This document shows, piece after piece, positions 37,222-47,182 of a stretch of DNA of 64,000 bases (positions are counted from its first letter, which is position 1; each line of letters opens with the position of its first letter). The stretch is from a virus (Duplodnaviria > Caudoviricetes), in IMG/VR virus record IMGVR_UViG_3300022848_000005, one strand, 5' to 3'. The notes beneath the pieces were generated by a model that worked only from the letters and a program-made list of their open reading frames with translations, had not been told where the DNA came from and did no database searches. The position numbers and the translations under genes were made by a program.

Positions 37222-38727
37222 ATGTTAAACAAAGTACTGTTCCTAGGAACAAACGACACCAGTACAGATCAATTAGTAACAGACATAGCCAAAAACAACA
37301 ACACAACTAATTATGGGTTGGTGTCTGACAGCAAATTTGTACCAGACAATTCGGGATACTATCATACCACTATAGTAGATATCTGGGCGGGTGGTATTGT
37401 TGAGGTTGCTAAGAACTTTGATAGGATTGTGTTGCTAGACCAACCTGTTGCAGTATGGAGCCATTGGAAAGCTCTACTAAGCACATATAAAATCATGGTA
37501 GAGTTAGAGAAGTTAGCGCATACCACAGAATTTAGAGATAACGAAAATATAAAAAGCATACAGTTTATGTGGGACCTGTTACAGGATAACAAGGCATTTT
37601 GTACCTATCCCTGGATGCACCTATTAGAAGAATACGGTGATGTGTTAATATGCAGTAAAAGTAAAATACCAATTAAGAAACTTGAAGACCTTGGTGATTG
37701 GCGCACTGATCCTGAGTTTGTGGAGATCAGGAACAAACTGAAAAGTGGCGAAAGAATACATAACTGTAACTTGTGTTATAAGGAAGAAGAGCTAGGCTTT
37801 GTTAGTACTAGAGTTCATGAAAGCATGGACTGGGCAGTAAAAATGAATATACAAAGTATGGAAGATTTGGAAGTAGCCCTGCCTACATATTACGAAGTTA
37901 GACCTAGTAACAAGTGTAACTTGCAATGTAGGATGTGCTGTCCTGAAAACAGTCACTTGATTGAGAAAGAATTTAAAGAAATAAAGTTTGAATATCCCAG
38001 TTATAAAAAACAATGGGGCAACTACGAACATATTGATGTAGAGAACTTGTTGCCAGGTACTAGGATATACAGCACAGGCGGTGAGCCAACTATCATACCA
38101 GAGTTCTATAACTTCTTAGACAAATGTATTACACTAGGAAGAACAGACTTAGATATCACACTAAACACAAATGGACAAAAAGTAAATGACAAGTTAATTA
38201 ATCTTATGCACAAGTTTGATGAGGTAAATTTTAGTTTTAGTATTGATGGGTATGGTAAAGTAAACGATTACATACGTTGGAACAGTGTTTGGGACAAAAC
38301 CGTTGCCAATGCTAAACGACTTGGAGCAGAAGGTTTCTATGTAAGTTTAGAATGTATACCTAGTCCTTGGAACATTACTAACTTACATTTACTTTATGAG
38401 TTTTATGACAGAGAGTTTCCAGGCAGTACAGTTTTCCTACAGCAGGTATACTGGCCAGACAAAACCGTTAATGTGTTTAATCATCCATTTCCAGAGTTGG
38501 TAGTAGACAGTTTAACACGAGTAACAAAAACAAATGCATATTACACAGACGCAAGAGACAACAAAAGTATAATAGACTCGTTGCTAGAGTATTATAGTAA
38601 CGATCCCAAGACAGACTTGCACTGGCTAGGTAAATTTTATGAGTTTAACGACTTGCTAGATAAGTCAAGAAATGTTAAACTAGTTGATTATGTTCCTGAA
38701 TTAGAAGAGGGCAGAAAATTATTATGA
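37222..38727 (+). CDS. Radical SAM protein with twitch/SPASM-like domain
   Basis: FCTYPW.H, C..CY..E, CNLQCRMC (CxxxCxxC), GGEP and SIDG motifs. Confidence 0.9.
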   Translation: MLNKVLFLGTNDTSTDQLVTDIAKNNNTTNYGLVSDSKFVPDNSGYYHTTIVDIWAGGIVEVAKNFDRIVLLDQPVAVWSHWKALLSTYKIMVELEKLAHTTEFRDNENIKSIQFMWDLLQDNKAFCTYPWMHLLEEYGDVLICSKSKIPIKKLEDLGDWRTDPEFVEIRNKLKSGERIHNCNLCYKEEELGFVSTRVHESMDWAVKMNIQSMEDLEVALPTYYEVRPSNKCNLQCRMCCPENSHLIEKEFKEIKFEYPSYKKQWGNYEHIDVENLLPGTRIYSTGGEPTIIPEFYNFLDKCITLGRTDLDITLNTNGQKVNDKLINLMHKFDEVNFSFSIDGYGKVNDYIRWNSVWDKTVANAKRLGAEGFYVSLECIPSPWNITNLHLLYEFYDREFPGSTVFLQQVYWPDKTVNVFNHPFPELVVDSLTRVTKTNAYYTDARDNKSIIDSLLEYYSNDPKTDLHWLGKFYEFNDLLDKSRNVKLVDYVPELEEGRKLL

Positions 38728-39956
38728 AGAAGATAGGGTTTATTGGATTAGGTAAATTAGGATTACCATGTGCAGAGGCCTTTGCTACGAAGTATGAAAC
38801 TTCAGGCTATGATGTTGCATCTGTAACAAGTGATACTGTAACAGTGAAGGACAACATTAAGGATGTAGTAGAATCTAGCGATATAGTTTTTATTGCTGTC
38901 CCTACTCCACATGACCCTAAGTATGATGGCAGTCAACCTATTAGCCATTTAGAAAACAAAGATTTTGATTATAGTATTGTTATTGACGTATGTAAAGAAG
39001 TTAATGAACACGCTACCAAACAGCAATTGGTTGTGTTAATTAGCACAGTTTTACCCGGTACAACACGTAAAAACTTTATAAATCTGCTCTCGAACACACG
39101 CTTTATATACAACCCCTACCTTATTGCTATGGGATCAGTATCATGGGACATGGTTAACCCTGAAATGGTTATTATTGGCACAGAAGACGGGTCAGAAACT
39201 ACAGACGCAAAAGAACTTATAGATGTTTATAAAGAAATAATGGAAAATGATCCACGTTACGTGGTAGGCACATGGGACGAAGCAGAAGCAATTAAAATAT
39301 TTTACAATACGTTTATTAGTGTTAAGATTGGACTAGTAAACATGATACAGGATGTAGCAGAAAAGTCTGGCAACATCAATGTTGACGTTGTTACTAATGC
39401 ACTAAAGCATTCTACAATGCGTATAACAGGACACAAGTATCTTACAGCAGGTATGGGAGACGCCGGACCTTGTCATCCACGTGATAACATTGCACTACGT
39501 TATATGGCACAAGAACTTGGCTTAAACTATGATTTGTTTAATGCTATCATGGATGCAAGGGAAATACAAGCACGGAATATATCAACAAGACTATGTAGAC
39601 TTGCAGGAGAATATAATTTACCTATCTATATACATGGTAAGGCTTACAAGCCCAACGTACCTTACGTAGACGGTAGTTACAGTCTACTAATTGGGCATTA
39701 TATTGAAAATGAGTACAACAATAAGGTAACTTACATAGATCCTCTTACCGAAGGCGATAACCCAACCAGTGTGCATGGAGTTGTCCTACTAGCACATAAT
39801 CAAATAGTAACATATGGTTATGCAGGAGTTATAGAGGAACAAAAATTATATTGTGAGATAGAAGATGGCAGTATCGTAGTTGATCCTTGGCGTTCATACA
39901 CAACAGACAATCCTAAAATTATGGTAGTACACTATGGCAACAGCAGAGGCAGGTAG
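38724..39956 (+). CDS. ugd: UDP-glucose/GDP-mannose 6-dehydrogenase
   Basis: GLGKLG Rossmann motif, FIAVPTP, STVLPG, AEAIKIFYN and catalytic GPCHPRD. Confidence 0.9.
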   Translation: MKKIGFIGLGKLGLPCAEAFATKYETSGYDVASVTSDTVTVKDNIKDVVESSDIVFIAVPTPHDPKYDGSQPISHLENKDFDYSIVIDVCKEVNEHATKQQLVVLISTVLPGTTRKNFINLLSNTRFIYNPYLIAMGSVSWDMVNPEMVIIGTEDGSETTDAKELIDVYKEIMENDPRYVVGTWDEAEAIKIFYNTFISVKIGLVNMIQDVAEKSGNINVDVVTNALKHSTMRITGHKYLTAGMGDAGPCHPRDNIALRYMAQELGLNYDLFNAIMDAREIQARNISTRLCRLAGEYNLPIYIHGKAYKPNVPYVDGSYSLLIGHYIENEYNNKVTYIDPLTEGDNPTSVHGVVLLAHNQIVTYGYAGVIEEQKLYCEIEDGSIVVDPWRSYTTDNPKIMVVHYGNSRGR

Positions 39957-40545
39957 TTCCAACATATTTTTTGTTACCCGGTTTGATAGAACGTGGTCCA
40001 CAGAGCATACCATTCTTAACTATGAGAATGAATGTTTTAATGACAAATTAACAGTACAACGCTGGCAAGATCAAGGGCATATTTATAGATACTATACAGG
40101 TGACATGCACGACTCACGGAAGCCACAGCCCACGTTCGTTGAAGGACTATGCGAACAATTAGGCTGGGCGCACTGCCTAAGTAGTTTTTACTGTATGCCT
40201 CCAGGGCGTATCTTGCCAGAGCACAGAGACACCTATAAGAAGTACAGAGAACTTTTTAATGTAGATAATCCTTACAGCATATGGCGAGCAGTTATATTCT
40301 TAGAGGATTGGCAGTCAGGACACTACTTGGAAGTAGCAGATTGTCCTATTACCGGTTGGCGAGCAGGTGATTGTATTACGTGGCAGTACGATACTTCACA
40401 TATAGCCGCAAATCTAGGCAGACAAAACAGATATACATTACAATTAACAGGAATCACGAATGATAGTAAACTCACACAACGAATGGGACCAGCTGAAATC
40501 GGTCATAGTTGGAACAGCGGAAAATTTACACTACCCCAACAATGA
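39934..40545 (+). CDS. 2OG-Fe(II)/aspartyl beta-hydroxylase-like oxygenase
   Basis: PPGRILPEHRD (HxD), W.AGD...W and distal H.AAN.G. Confidence 0.7.
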   Translation: MATAEAGSSNIFFVTRFDRTWSTEHTILNYENECFNDKLTVQRWQDQGHIYRYYTGDMHDSRKPQPTFVEGLCEQLGWAHCLSSFYCMPPGRILPEHRDTYKKYRELFNVDNPYSIWRAVIFLEDWQSGHYLEVADCPITGWRAGDCITWQYDTSHIAANLGRQNRYTLQLTGITNDSKLTQRMGPAEIGHSWNSGKFTLPQQ

Positions 40546-41476
40546 CAAAGTATTCTCATTATGTGATACAATAAGCACCTGGGATAAATCTAAACAATGG
40601 CGTGGTTATATACCAGAACATGTCAGAGCTGAAACAGAAGAGGATCTGCAAGGACTAGTTGATGAGTTAGAGAAACTGGGTGTAACTGTATACAGACCCA
40701 AAGCACTAGAGTTCAGTAAGATAACTGTGGGCCATGACTGGGTTGCTGATGGGTTTAATGCGTACAACCCCAGAGACAGTCTATTAGTTGTAGGAGATAC
40801 TGTTATAGAGTGTCCTATGGCGATGAGAAGTAGACAACAAGAAGTATTGTGTTATGATCACATAAGACGAGAAGCGATTAAGGATGGATGTCGTTGGATA
40901 TCTGCACCTAAACCTAGATTGTTAGACAGTGAAATATTTGTAAAAAATAAAACACTACACATACCACAAGACGAACCTATATTCGATGCCGCAAATATTT
41001 TACGTTTAGGCAAAGACTTACTTTACCTTGTCAGCAACACAGGCAATAAACTTGGTGGGCAATGGTTGCAAAACATTTTAGGTAAAGATTATAGGGTACA
41101 ATTTTGCCATAACCTCTATGCTTTTGCGCACATTGATAGTACAATAACAGCACTTAACGAAGAGCAGTTTGTCGTAAATGCTTCTAGAGTAAATGATGCT
41201 AACCTACCGCCTGTCTTACAAGACAAAGATATCATTTACGTAACAGAAGATATGATTGAACCTCAGACTTTCTGGCACTACCCCTACGCAAGTGCCTGGA
41301 TTGCGATGAACATGCTCTCCGTTAACCCCTCTACTGTAATTATAGAAAAAACACAAACAAAATTAATGAAACTACTTAACAAACGAGGTATCGATACGGT
41401 GCCCGTGAGCTTTAGACACGCACGCACATTAGGCGGAGGGTTGCACTGTGCTACACTAGATTTATACAGGAGGTAA
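40460..41476 (+). CDS. Pentein-family amidinotransferase (glycine/inosamine-phosphate type)
   Basis: NSHNEWDQLKSVIVG, PRDSLLVVG, FDAAN, HIDST and GGGLHCATLD motifs (Asp-His-Cys triad). Confidence 0.9.
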   Translation: MIVNSHNEWDQLKSVIVGTAENLHYPNNDKVFSLCDTISTWDKSKQWRGYIPEHVRAETEEDLQGLVDELEKLGVTVYRPKALEFSKITVGHDWVADGFNAYNPRDSLLVVGDTVIECPMAMRSRQQEVLCYDHIRREAIKDGCRWISAPKPRLLDSEIFVKNKTLHIPQDEPIFDAANILRLGKDLLYLVSNTGNKLGGQWLQNILGKDYRVQFCHNLYAFAHIDSTITALNEEQFVVNASRVNDANLPPVLQDKDIIYVTEDMIEPQTFWHYPYASAWIAMNMLSVNPSTVIIEKTQTKLMKLLNKRGIDTVPVSFRHARTLGGGLHCATLDLYRR

Positions 41477-41483
41477 ATATATT

Positions 41484-42185
41484 ATGAACGATTTTACGAA
41501 ATATAACGCTCTCCTGCTTAAAGCATATCAAAAATATGCAAATACAAGAGACCTTGTTTCAAAAAAACAAGACATAATTAGATCTCTGGTTACAGCACCA
41601 GAGCCTACAATTTTATTTGCTGGATTTAATCCTCTGTGTTTATTAGTAGACAACTTTGGTATTATGGAAGCAGATGAAAGTGTATTAAAGTTTTTAACAG
41701 AGCAAGATAAGACATATACAGAAGTTGATCCCACTAATACTACCCTCTGGGATTATGTTATTGCAACTGACGAATATTATACATTTGCAAAAGATGAACA
41801 GGACCAACAACAAAAAATAAATATATTAAGCGCAATAACAAAGCGTAGTCTAATAACTACTTTGCGTGATTATAAAAACATGAATCACAGAGATAAAGAA
41901 TTTTCAATGCCTATTTCTGTTGTCAATGATACAGATAGAACTATATACTTAGAGTATCATATACATTGTGGAACCAAGCACTGGGACAGTCTAGTATATG
42001 AATTAGATGGTGAAGACAATCAAACACATGGGCCGTACAAGCGTATGCCTATGTATTTTAAACAGTTAGCAAAGTTTAGCATCGACGGAGGTGCTACGTC
42101 CTTTCAGGTACAGAAGAACATGATGTGGAAAGGTCTTATTCGACGAAACTTTGAACATGTAATATCAATAAACTATGATAAATGA
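41484..42185 (+). CDS. Class I SAM-methyltransferase-like fold protein (degenerate)
   Basis: Weak motif similarity only (ILFAGF, WDYVIA.DE). Confidence 0.35.
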   Translation: MNDFTKYNALLLKAYQKYANTRDLVSKKQDIIRSLVTAPEPTILFAGFNPLCLLVDNFGIMEADESVLKFLTEQDKTYTEVDPTNTTLWDYVIATDEYYTFAKDEQDQQQKINILSAITKRSLITTLRDYKNMNHRDKEFSMPISVVNDTDRTIYLEYHIHCGTKHWDSLVYELDGEDNQTHGPYKRMPMYFKQLAKFSIDGGATSFQVQKNMMWKGLIRRNFEHVISINYDK

Positions 42186-43386
42186 AAATGAAATAAATCA
42201 ACTATTAGCCAATGAAATAACCAAAGCAGTAAAACAAAAGATACTTCATAATGAAAATGAAATAGATCTTCTATTGGCCAATGAAGTAGCCAACGTAGTA
42301 AAACAAAAGATGCTTCTATTGGCCAATGAAGTACCCAAAGCAGTAAAACAAAAGTTACTTCAAAATGAAAATGAAATAAACCAACAGTTAGCCAATGAAA
42401 TAACCAAAGCAGTAAAACAAAAGATGCTTCACGTTGACATACCACACCTGGTGTCAGAAGCAACAACACGTGAACTGGCCGACAAAATCACACATATAAA
42501 ATTTCCAGAAGGCAGTATTCCTTTTGACAGCATTAGGAACAACACTGTAACGATATCTGGGAACCAAGTTAATGGTGGTATACACAAAAAATTTAAGTCT
42601 AGAGGCATAGAGGATCATGCTATAAATTGTGAACTTAGTGTCTTAGATGATAACGTAGTAGTAGAGAACACATTAGTTGCACGAAATGCCAACATAAAAG
42701 AAAATTTAATAGTGGATGGTAACTTAATTGTTCACGGAACTATTCCAGCAGACTGTAATTTCTTTATTGACATCGTGGAAGGTGTTATTTGTAGATTAGG
42801 TGAAGAATTTGACAAAGTGTTTAAACAGAGTATAGTTGATGGTGTCTTGTTTACACTTAAGAACCAAGGTATAGACGTTAGCAAAATAAGTCTGAATGGT
42901 AACGTGTTTACAGACGGGACCAGCATTGCTGGTACAGTAACGACTAGCAACTTACAGAAAGTTGGACAACTTAAAGAACTACAAGTAAAAGGTGAATCAC
43001 TCTTAGCAGACACATTGTATGTTACCAAAGGTCGCATCGGAATAAACACAGTCGAACCTAGCGCATCACTGTCAGTCTGGGACGAAGAAACTGAGGTAGT
43101 AATAAAGAAGCATTCTAGACATAAAGCGTATATCGGTAGCTCAAGAGATACCACCGTGGTCTTGGGTGCTAACCGTAACGATAACATAGTACTAAACCAA
43201 GACGGCTCTGCGTCAATAGATAATTTAAAAATAGGCGGTAATAAATTCACAAGCAATCCTATACTGCCCAATGTTGAATCAGTTAAAGGGCATATTGTGT
43301 TTAACAGTCATCCAGACATAGGGAGACCAGTGGGCTGGGTTTGTTTGGGAGGAGATCGTTGGTCATCTTTCGGTAATTGTGAATGA
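42175..43386 (+). CDS. Hypothetical fibre-like protein with N-terminal tandem repeats
   Basis: 23-aa repeats; RIGINT.EP..SL.V and GRPVGWVC motifs seen in phage fibre-type proteins. Confidence 0.55.
   Translation: MINENEINQLLANEITKAVKQKILHNENEIDLLLANEVANVVKQKMLLLANEVPKAVKQKLLQNENEINQQLANEITKAVKQKMLHVDIPHLVSEATTRELADKITHIKFPEGSIPFDSIRNNTVTISGNQVNGGIHKKFKSRGIEDHAINCELSVLDDNVVVENTLVARNANIKENLIVDGNLIVHGTIPADCNFFIDIVEGVICRLGEEFDKVFKQSIVDGVLFTLKNQGIDVSKISLNGNVFTDGTSIAGTVTTSNLQKVGQLKELQVKGESLLADTLYVTKGRIGINTVEPSASLSVWDEETEVVIKKHSRHKAYIGSSRDTTVVLGANRNDNIVLNQDGSASIDNLKIGGNKFTSNPILPNVESVKGHIVFNSHPDIGRPVGWVCLGGDRWSSFGNCE
42181..42431 (+). repeat. In-frame 69-bp tandem repeat (3 near-full units plus 1 truncated)
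   Basis: NENEINQLLANEITKAVKQKILH and variants. Confidence 0.9.
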
Positions 43387-44009
43387 ACTTAACCTTTATT
43401 ATAGGTAACGGTCAAAGTCGAAGTAACATCAGTATAGATAGACTCAGAGACTTTGGTCCAGTCTGGGGGTGTAATAGGATATACAAGGACTGGCATGTAG
43501 ATAACCTTGTTGCTATTGATCAAGCCCAAGTAGAACTTATTCTCAGAGACGAGTACCATACTAAAGCAAACGTCTATACTAGAAAAAGATGGTCACCGTT
43601 GTACAATGGGGTGCCTGGGGTAAATTACATTCCTGAATTTAAAGAAGAAGGAACAAACAAGTGGCAGAAGCAGTGGCATTGGAACTCAGGACCACTTGCC
43701 ATGTTCGTAGCATGTGAGCAAGGCGCAGAAATACTGTGTATGTTTGGATTTGATTTTTACGGTGTTGCTGGCAAGTCCAACAACGTTTACAAGGGATCAC
43801 CAGGCTATGACAAAGCAGATCACAGAGCAGTTGATCCAGGCTTTTGGATACAGCAATTTGTTCAATTAGCTCAATGGTACCCTGATACGCAATTTGTGCA
43901 GGTACAGCCCGCTGGATGGCAAGTACCAGCTGCCTGGCACGGTGTAAGCAATCTGTCGATAGATACCCCTGAAACTTTTTTTGATACCTTAGTAGCAACT
44001 GATGCCTGA
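43383..44009 (+). CDS. MAF/DUF115-like (sugar-transferase-associated) protein
   Basis: IIGNGQSR, GCNRIY.D...D.LVAID, NSG..A and GFDF motifs. Confidence 0.55.
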   Translation: MNLTFIIGNGQSRSNISIDRLRDFGPVWGCNRIYKDWHVDNLVAIDQAQVELILRDEYHTKANVYTRKRWSPLYNGVPGVNYIPEFKEEGTNKWQKQWHWNSGPLAMFVACEQGAEILCMFGFDFYGVAGKSNNVYKGSPGYDKADHRAVDPGFWIQQFVQLAQWYPDTQFVQVQPAGWQVPAAWHGVSNLSIDTPETFFDTLVATDA

Positions 44010-45267
44010 TAAAGATATATTCTGCAATGTACCTTGGTACCAGGGGCATGTGTTCTGGGACGGTACCTATGGACACTGTTGTTTTTCCAACAAAGATACC
44101 ACACACGGATATAATGTAAAAACTCATACAGTAAAACAATGGATAGAGTCCGACAGCATGGTGGACTTTAAGAAAGAACTACTGGGTAGTAAAAAAAGCA
44201 ATAGGTGTCATGGCTGTTATCTAGAGGAAGATCAAGGACATACAAGTAAACGTCAGAACGAAAACTTAAAAAGTGCTATATGGTCAACTAAGTTTGATCA
44301 GAGTTTTAACGAGGCTCATACTAGAGACAAGTTCTTAAACCTAGACCACAGTATGTACAGAGAGTGGCATATAGACTTAGGCAATGAGTGTAACTTAGCC
44401 TGTAAGATGTGCAACTCTGATGCTAGTAGCAAAATAGAGACACTGTACAGACGTTGGGGAATGCCTGTAGAGTACACAAGCAAGAAGCTCTGGATTAACG
44501 ATCCTAGAGCAGACCAATTTATAGAACAAATATGCACTACCACTAAACTAAAGCGTATACACATAATGGGAGGAGAACCTCTTATACAACCAAAGTTTAA
44601 ACATTTACTAAAGACACTTAGTGAACGCAGACCAGACATCAGTTTTAGTTTTGTAAGTAATGCAACTAAATTTGACAGCAGTATACTAGAATATTTACAA
44701 AAATTTAGTAGTGTAGATGTCGAACTTAGTATAGAAACAACTGATCCAGTAAACGATTATATCAGACAAGGCAGTCGAACACAGGATGTAATTAAAGTAA
44801 TAGAGCAGTGGGTAGAGCATAGATCAGAAAACTTTAATATAATTTTGCGTCCTACTCCAAGTATCTTAAGTGTTAGTAGGTATAAGAGCCTGTTAGATTT
44901 TGCATATAAACATAGACTTATTGTTATGAGTGTTATACTCAGTGATCCAGGCTATTTACGAATAAGCCTACTTCCTAAACAGTACAGACTATCTATTATA
45001 AAAGAGTTACGACAATGGAGCGACAATATAACTGTAGACATCAACGAACAAGTTGGTAACAGAGATGCTACTAGGTGGCAAGCACAACTAAAACAGGAGT
45101 GCGAGGGTATAATTAACTGTTTAGAACAGGAGCACAAACCAGGCAACGAAAAAGAATTAATAACATGGTTGCAACGTTGGGACAATGAGTATAAACTTAA
45201 TGTGTTAGACTACTTGCCGGAGTTCGCAGATTTCTTTCGAGAACATGGATACAAAATACCAAACTGA
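44002..45267 (+). CDS. Radical SAM protein with twitch/SPASM-like domain
   Basis: FCNVPW, C.GC...E, CNLACKMC and GGEPL motifs. Confidence 0.9.
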   Translation: MPDKDIFCNVPWYQGHVFWDGTYGHCCFSNKDTTHGYNVKTHTVKQWIESDSMVDFKKELLGSKKSNRCHGCYLEEDQGHTSKRQNENLKSAIWSTKFDQSFNEAHTRDKFLNLDHSMYREWHIDLGNECNLACKMCNSDASSKIETLYRRWGMPVEYTSKKLWINDPRADQFIEQICTTTKLKRIHIMGGEPLIQPKFKHLLKTLSERRPDISFSFVSNATKFDSSILEYLQKFSSVDVELSIETTDPVNDYIRQGSRTQDVIKVIEQWVEHRSENFNIILRPTPSILSVSRYKSLLDFAYKHRLIVMSVILSDPGYLRISLLPKQYRLSIIKELRQWSDNITVDINEQVGNRDATRWQAQLKQECEGIINCLEQEHKPGNEKELITWLQRWDNEYKLNVLDYLPEFADFFREHGYKIPN

Positions 45268-45703
45268 AATACAAGTGACACTTGAACCTCACTATAAAAC
45301 TGTGATTCCATATGTGTTTGTTAAGTTAGATGGGGAAGAACGTAGTATGGTATTAAAAGATATAGAAACTGTGACGTTCGACACACTGTTGGACATTGGT
45401 CCACATCAACTAAGCGTATGGTTTGAGAATAAAGAAAACTCAGACAGCACCACAGCAGTAGAGATAAAAGACATTACAATTCAAGGACTTACTCTAAATA
45501 GAGTAAAGTGGGCAGGTAATTATACTCCTCAATATCCTGAACCATGGGCAACAGAACAACATCAACAAGGCAATCCACTGCCTAAAGTTATACCAGGTGG
45601 ACACTTCTTAGGCTGGTTAGGTACATACACACTAGACTTTGAAGTACCCACATTCACTTGGCTACACAAACTAGAAAACTTAGGTTGGCTATACACTGAT
45701 TGA
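45245..45703 (+). CDS. Hypothetical protein
   Basis: 152-aa ORF at the end of the modification cluster. Confidence 0.55.
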   Translation: MDTKYQTEIQVTLEPHYKTVIPYVFVKLDGEERSMVLKDIETVTFDTLLDIGPHQLSVWFENKENSDSTTAVEIKDITIQGLTLNRVKWAGNYTPQYPEPWATEQHQQGNPLPKVIPGGHFLGWLGTYTLDFEVPTFTWLHKLENLGWLYTD

Positions 45704-45735
45704 CATAAGCAGTGAGGTGAGCACATAATAACCGT

Positions 45736-46851
45736 ATGTTTACACAAAATCTAAAACGTATTGGGTTTGCTTGCAAGTACTTGCATCCGGACCAAACACA
45801 ACCCAAAAAGTTACTGGAGGAAATCCAGCGTCCGTTGAATACCAAATCAACAACAGTTGCATGGCTTAATAGGCAAACAAAGGAAGTTGCAGAACAACGA
45901 CTGTGGGATATTATGGTACACAATATACAGTCGTACTATAACCTAATAGAATACGTAGGAGGATTACCCGATGCATTACGAATGGTCAGACTTGGCAGTG
46001 ATTGCCTTCCAGTATATACTCATGATCAATGGTCTTATTACTGGCGGTTACCTGACGTACGTCAGTACTGTGGAACTTATTTGGCAAAAGTCGGTGACTT
46101 GGCTCGTCTTTTGGATGTTAGGCTTAGTATGCACCCTGGCCAGTTTACTGTACTTGCTAGCGATAACCCGGATATTGTTGATCGCAGTATAGAAGAATTT
46201 GAATATCACGCTGACATGATACGGTGGATGGGGTACGGTAAACAGTTTCAAGACTTTAAATGTAATGTACACATTGCAGGCCGCAACGGTCCAGCTGGCA
46301 TCAAAGCATCCCTCAAGCGACTCTCGCAAGAAGCTCGAAACGTAATTACAATCGAAAACGACGAAAACAAATGGGGAATCGCAGACAGCCTCGAACTTGC
46401 AGACGACCTCGCTTTGGTGCTAGATGTACACCATCACCTGTGCCGTGAAAACGAATACATTTTACCAAACGACGATAGATTTAAACGCATAGTAGATTCT
46501 TGGAGAGGGGTACGCCCTGCAATACATTATTCGTATAGTAGAGATACTGCACTATCCGACGGATTTGCACACGACACTGTGCCTGACTTTTCAGCGTTAC
46601 TAGAAGCTGGCCACAAGAAAAGCAAACTACGAGCACATAGTGATTGGTATCCTAATGCAAAGGTAAATGATTATGCACTTGGCTTCCTAGAACATGCAGA
46701 TATTATGGCGGAGGTAAAATATAAAAACCTTGCATCTATTGATTTATACAACTATGCTGTTAAGACTGGAGTCTTTTCTTTGCCCAGTACACCAGCGACG
46801 CTTGACGTCTTTTCTCAAGAGTCGCAGGAGACTGCTTCCGCCCTTTGTTAG
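45736..46851 (+). CDS. uvsE: UV damage endonuclease (UvdE/UVDE, TIM barrel)
   Basis: IGFACK, RLGSD, RLSMHPGQF, ENDE, LDVHHH, HYS, LRAHSD and E.K.KNLA motifs. Confidence 0.93.
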   Translation: MFTQNLKRIGFACKYLHPDQTQPKKLLEEIQRPLNTKSTTVAWLNRQTKEVAEQRLWDIMVHNIQSYYNLIEYVGGLPDALRMVRLGSDCLPVYTHDQWSYYWRLPDVRQYCGTYLAKVGDLARLLDVRLSMHPGQFTVLASDNPDIVDRSIEEFEYHADMIRWMGYGKQFQDFKCNVHIAGRNGPAGIKASLKRLSQEARNVITIENDENKWGIADSLELADDLALVLDVHHHLCRENEYILPNDDRFKRIVDSWRGVRPAIHYSYSRDTALSDGFAHDTVPDFSALLEAGHKKSKLRAHSDWYPNAKVNDYALGFLEHADIMAEVKYKNLASIDLYNYAVKTGVFSLPSTPATLDVFSQESQETASALC

Positions 46852-46891
46852 CGTTACCGTAGTACGAACTTGCTTCTTTTGACAAGAACAT
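46760..46891 (-). CDS. 43-aa basic peptide with NUMOD3-like motif (possible homing-endonuclease remnant)
   Basis: MFLSKEASSYYGNANKGRKQSPATLEKRRQASLVYWAKKRLQS; antisense to the UVDE tail. Confidence 0.4.
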   Translation of the reverse strand: MFLSKEASSYYGNANKGRKQSPATLEKRRQASLVYWAKKRLQS

Positions 46892-47041
46892 ATGTTATGT
46901 GCTATAACTATGTATAATATTTATTTATTGCGGTACAGAATAATGCTGTACTACAGGGTTCTTTTATTACAATAACTATAAGGAGGATACAAACAAAAGG
47001 AAGTTGCAGAACAAGGCACAAACAAATAAGGAGAAAACAAC

Positions 47042-47158
47042 ATGAACAAAGATATGAACTTTGAAAACATGAACATCGAAGAAACAAAGAAAGAAGCAGA
47101 TCAAGGTCATGCCACGGCTAAACAATCTTTAAAAGGAATGCCCGGTGAATTTATATGA
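47042..47158 (+). pseudogene. 38-aa fragment resembling part of a Sel1 repeat
   Basis: KKEADQGHATAKQSL; good AAGGAG RBS. Confidence 0.3.
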
Positions 47159-47182
47159 GATACACAAAACAATGAGGAAAAA

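Noticed and set aside
39934-40545. 86-nt overlap between the oxygenase and amidinotransferase as a programmed frameshift
   Set aside because: No slippery heptamer or stimulatory structure; a simple stop-codon loss extending the upstream ORF is enough to explain it.
42181-42431. Repeats as a CRISPR array or DGR template/variable pair
   Set aside because: Units are contiguous, in frame and spacer-less. There is no adenine-specific variation and no reverse transcriptase in the window.
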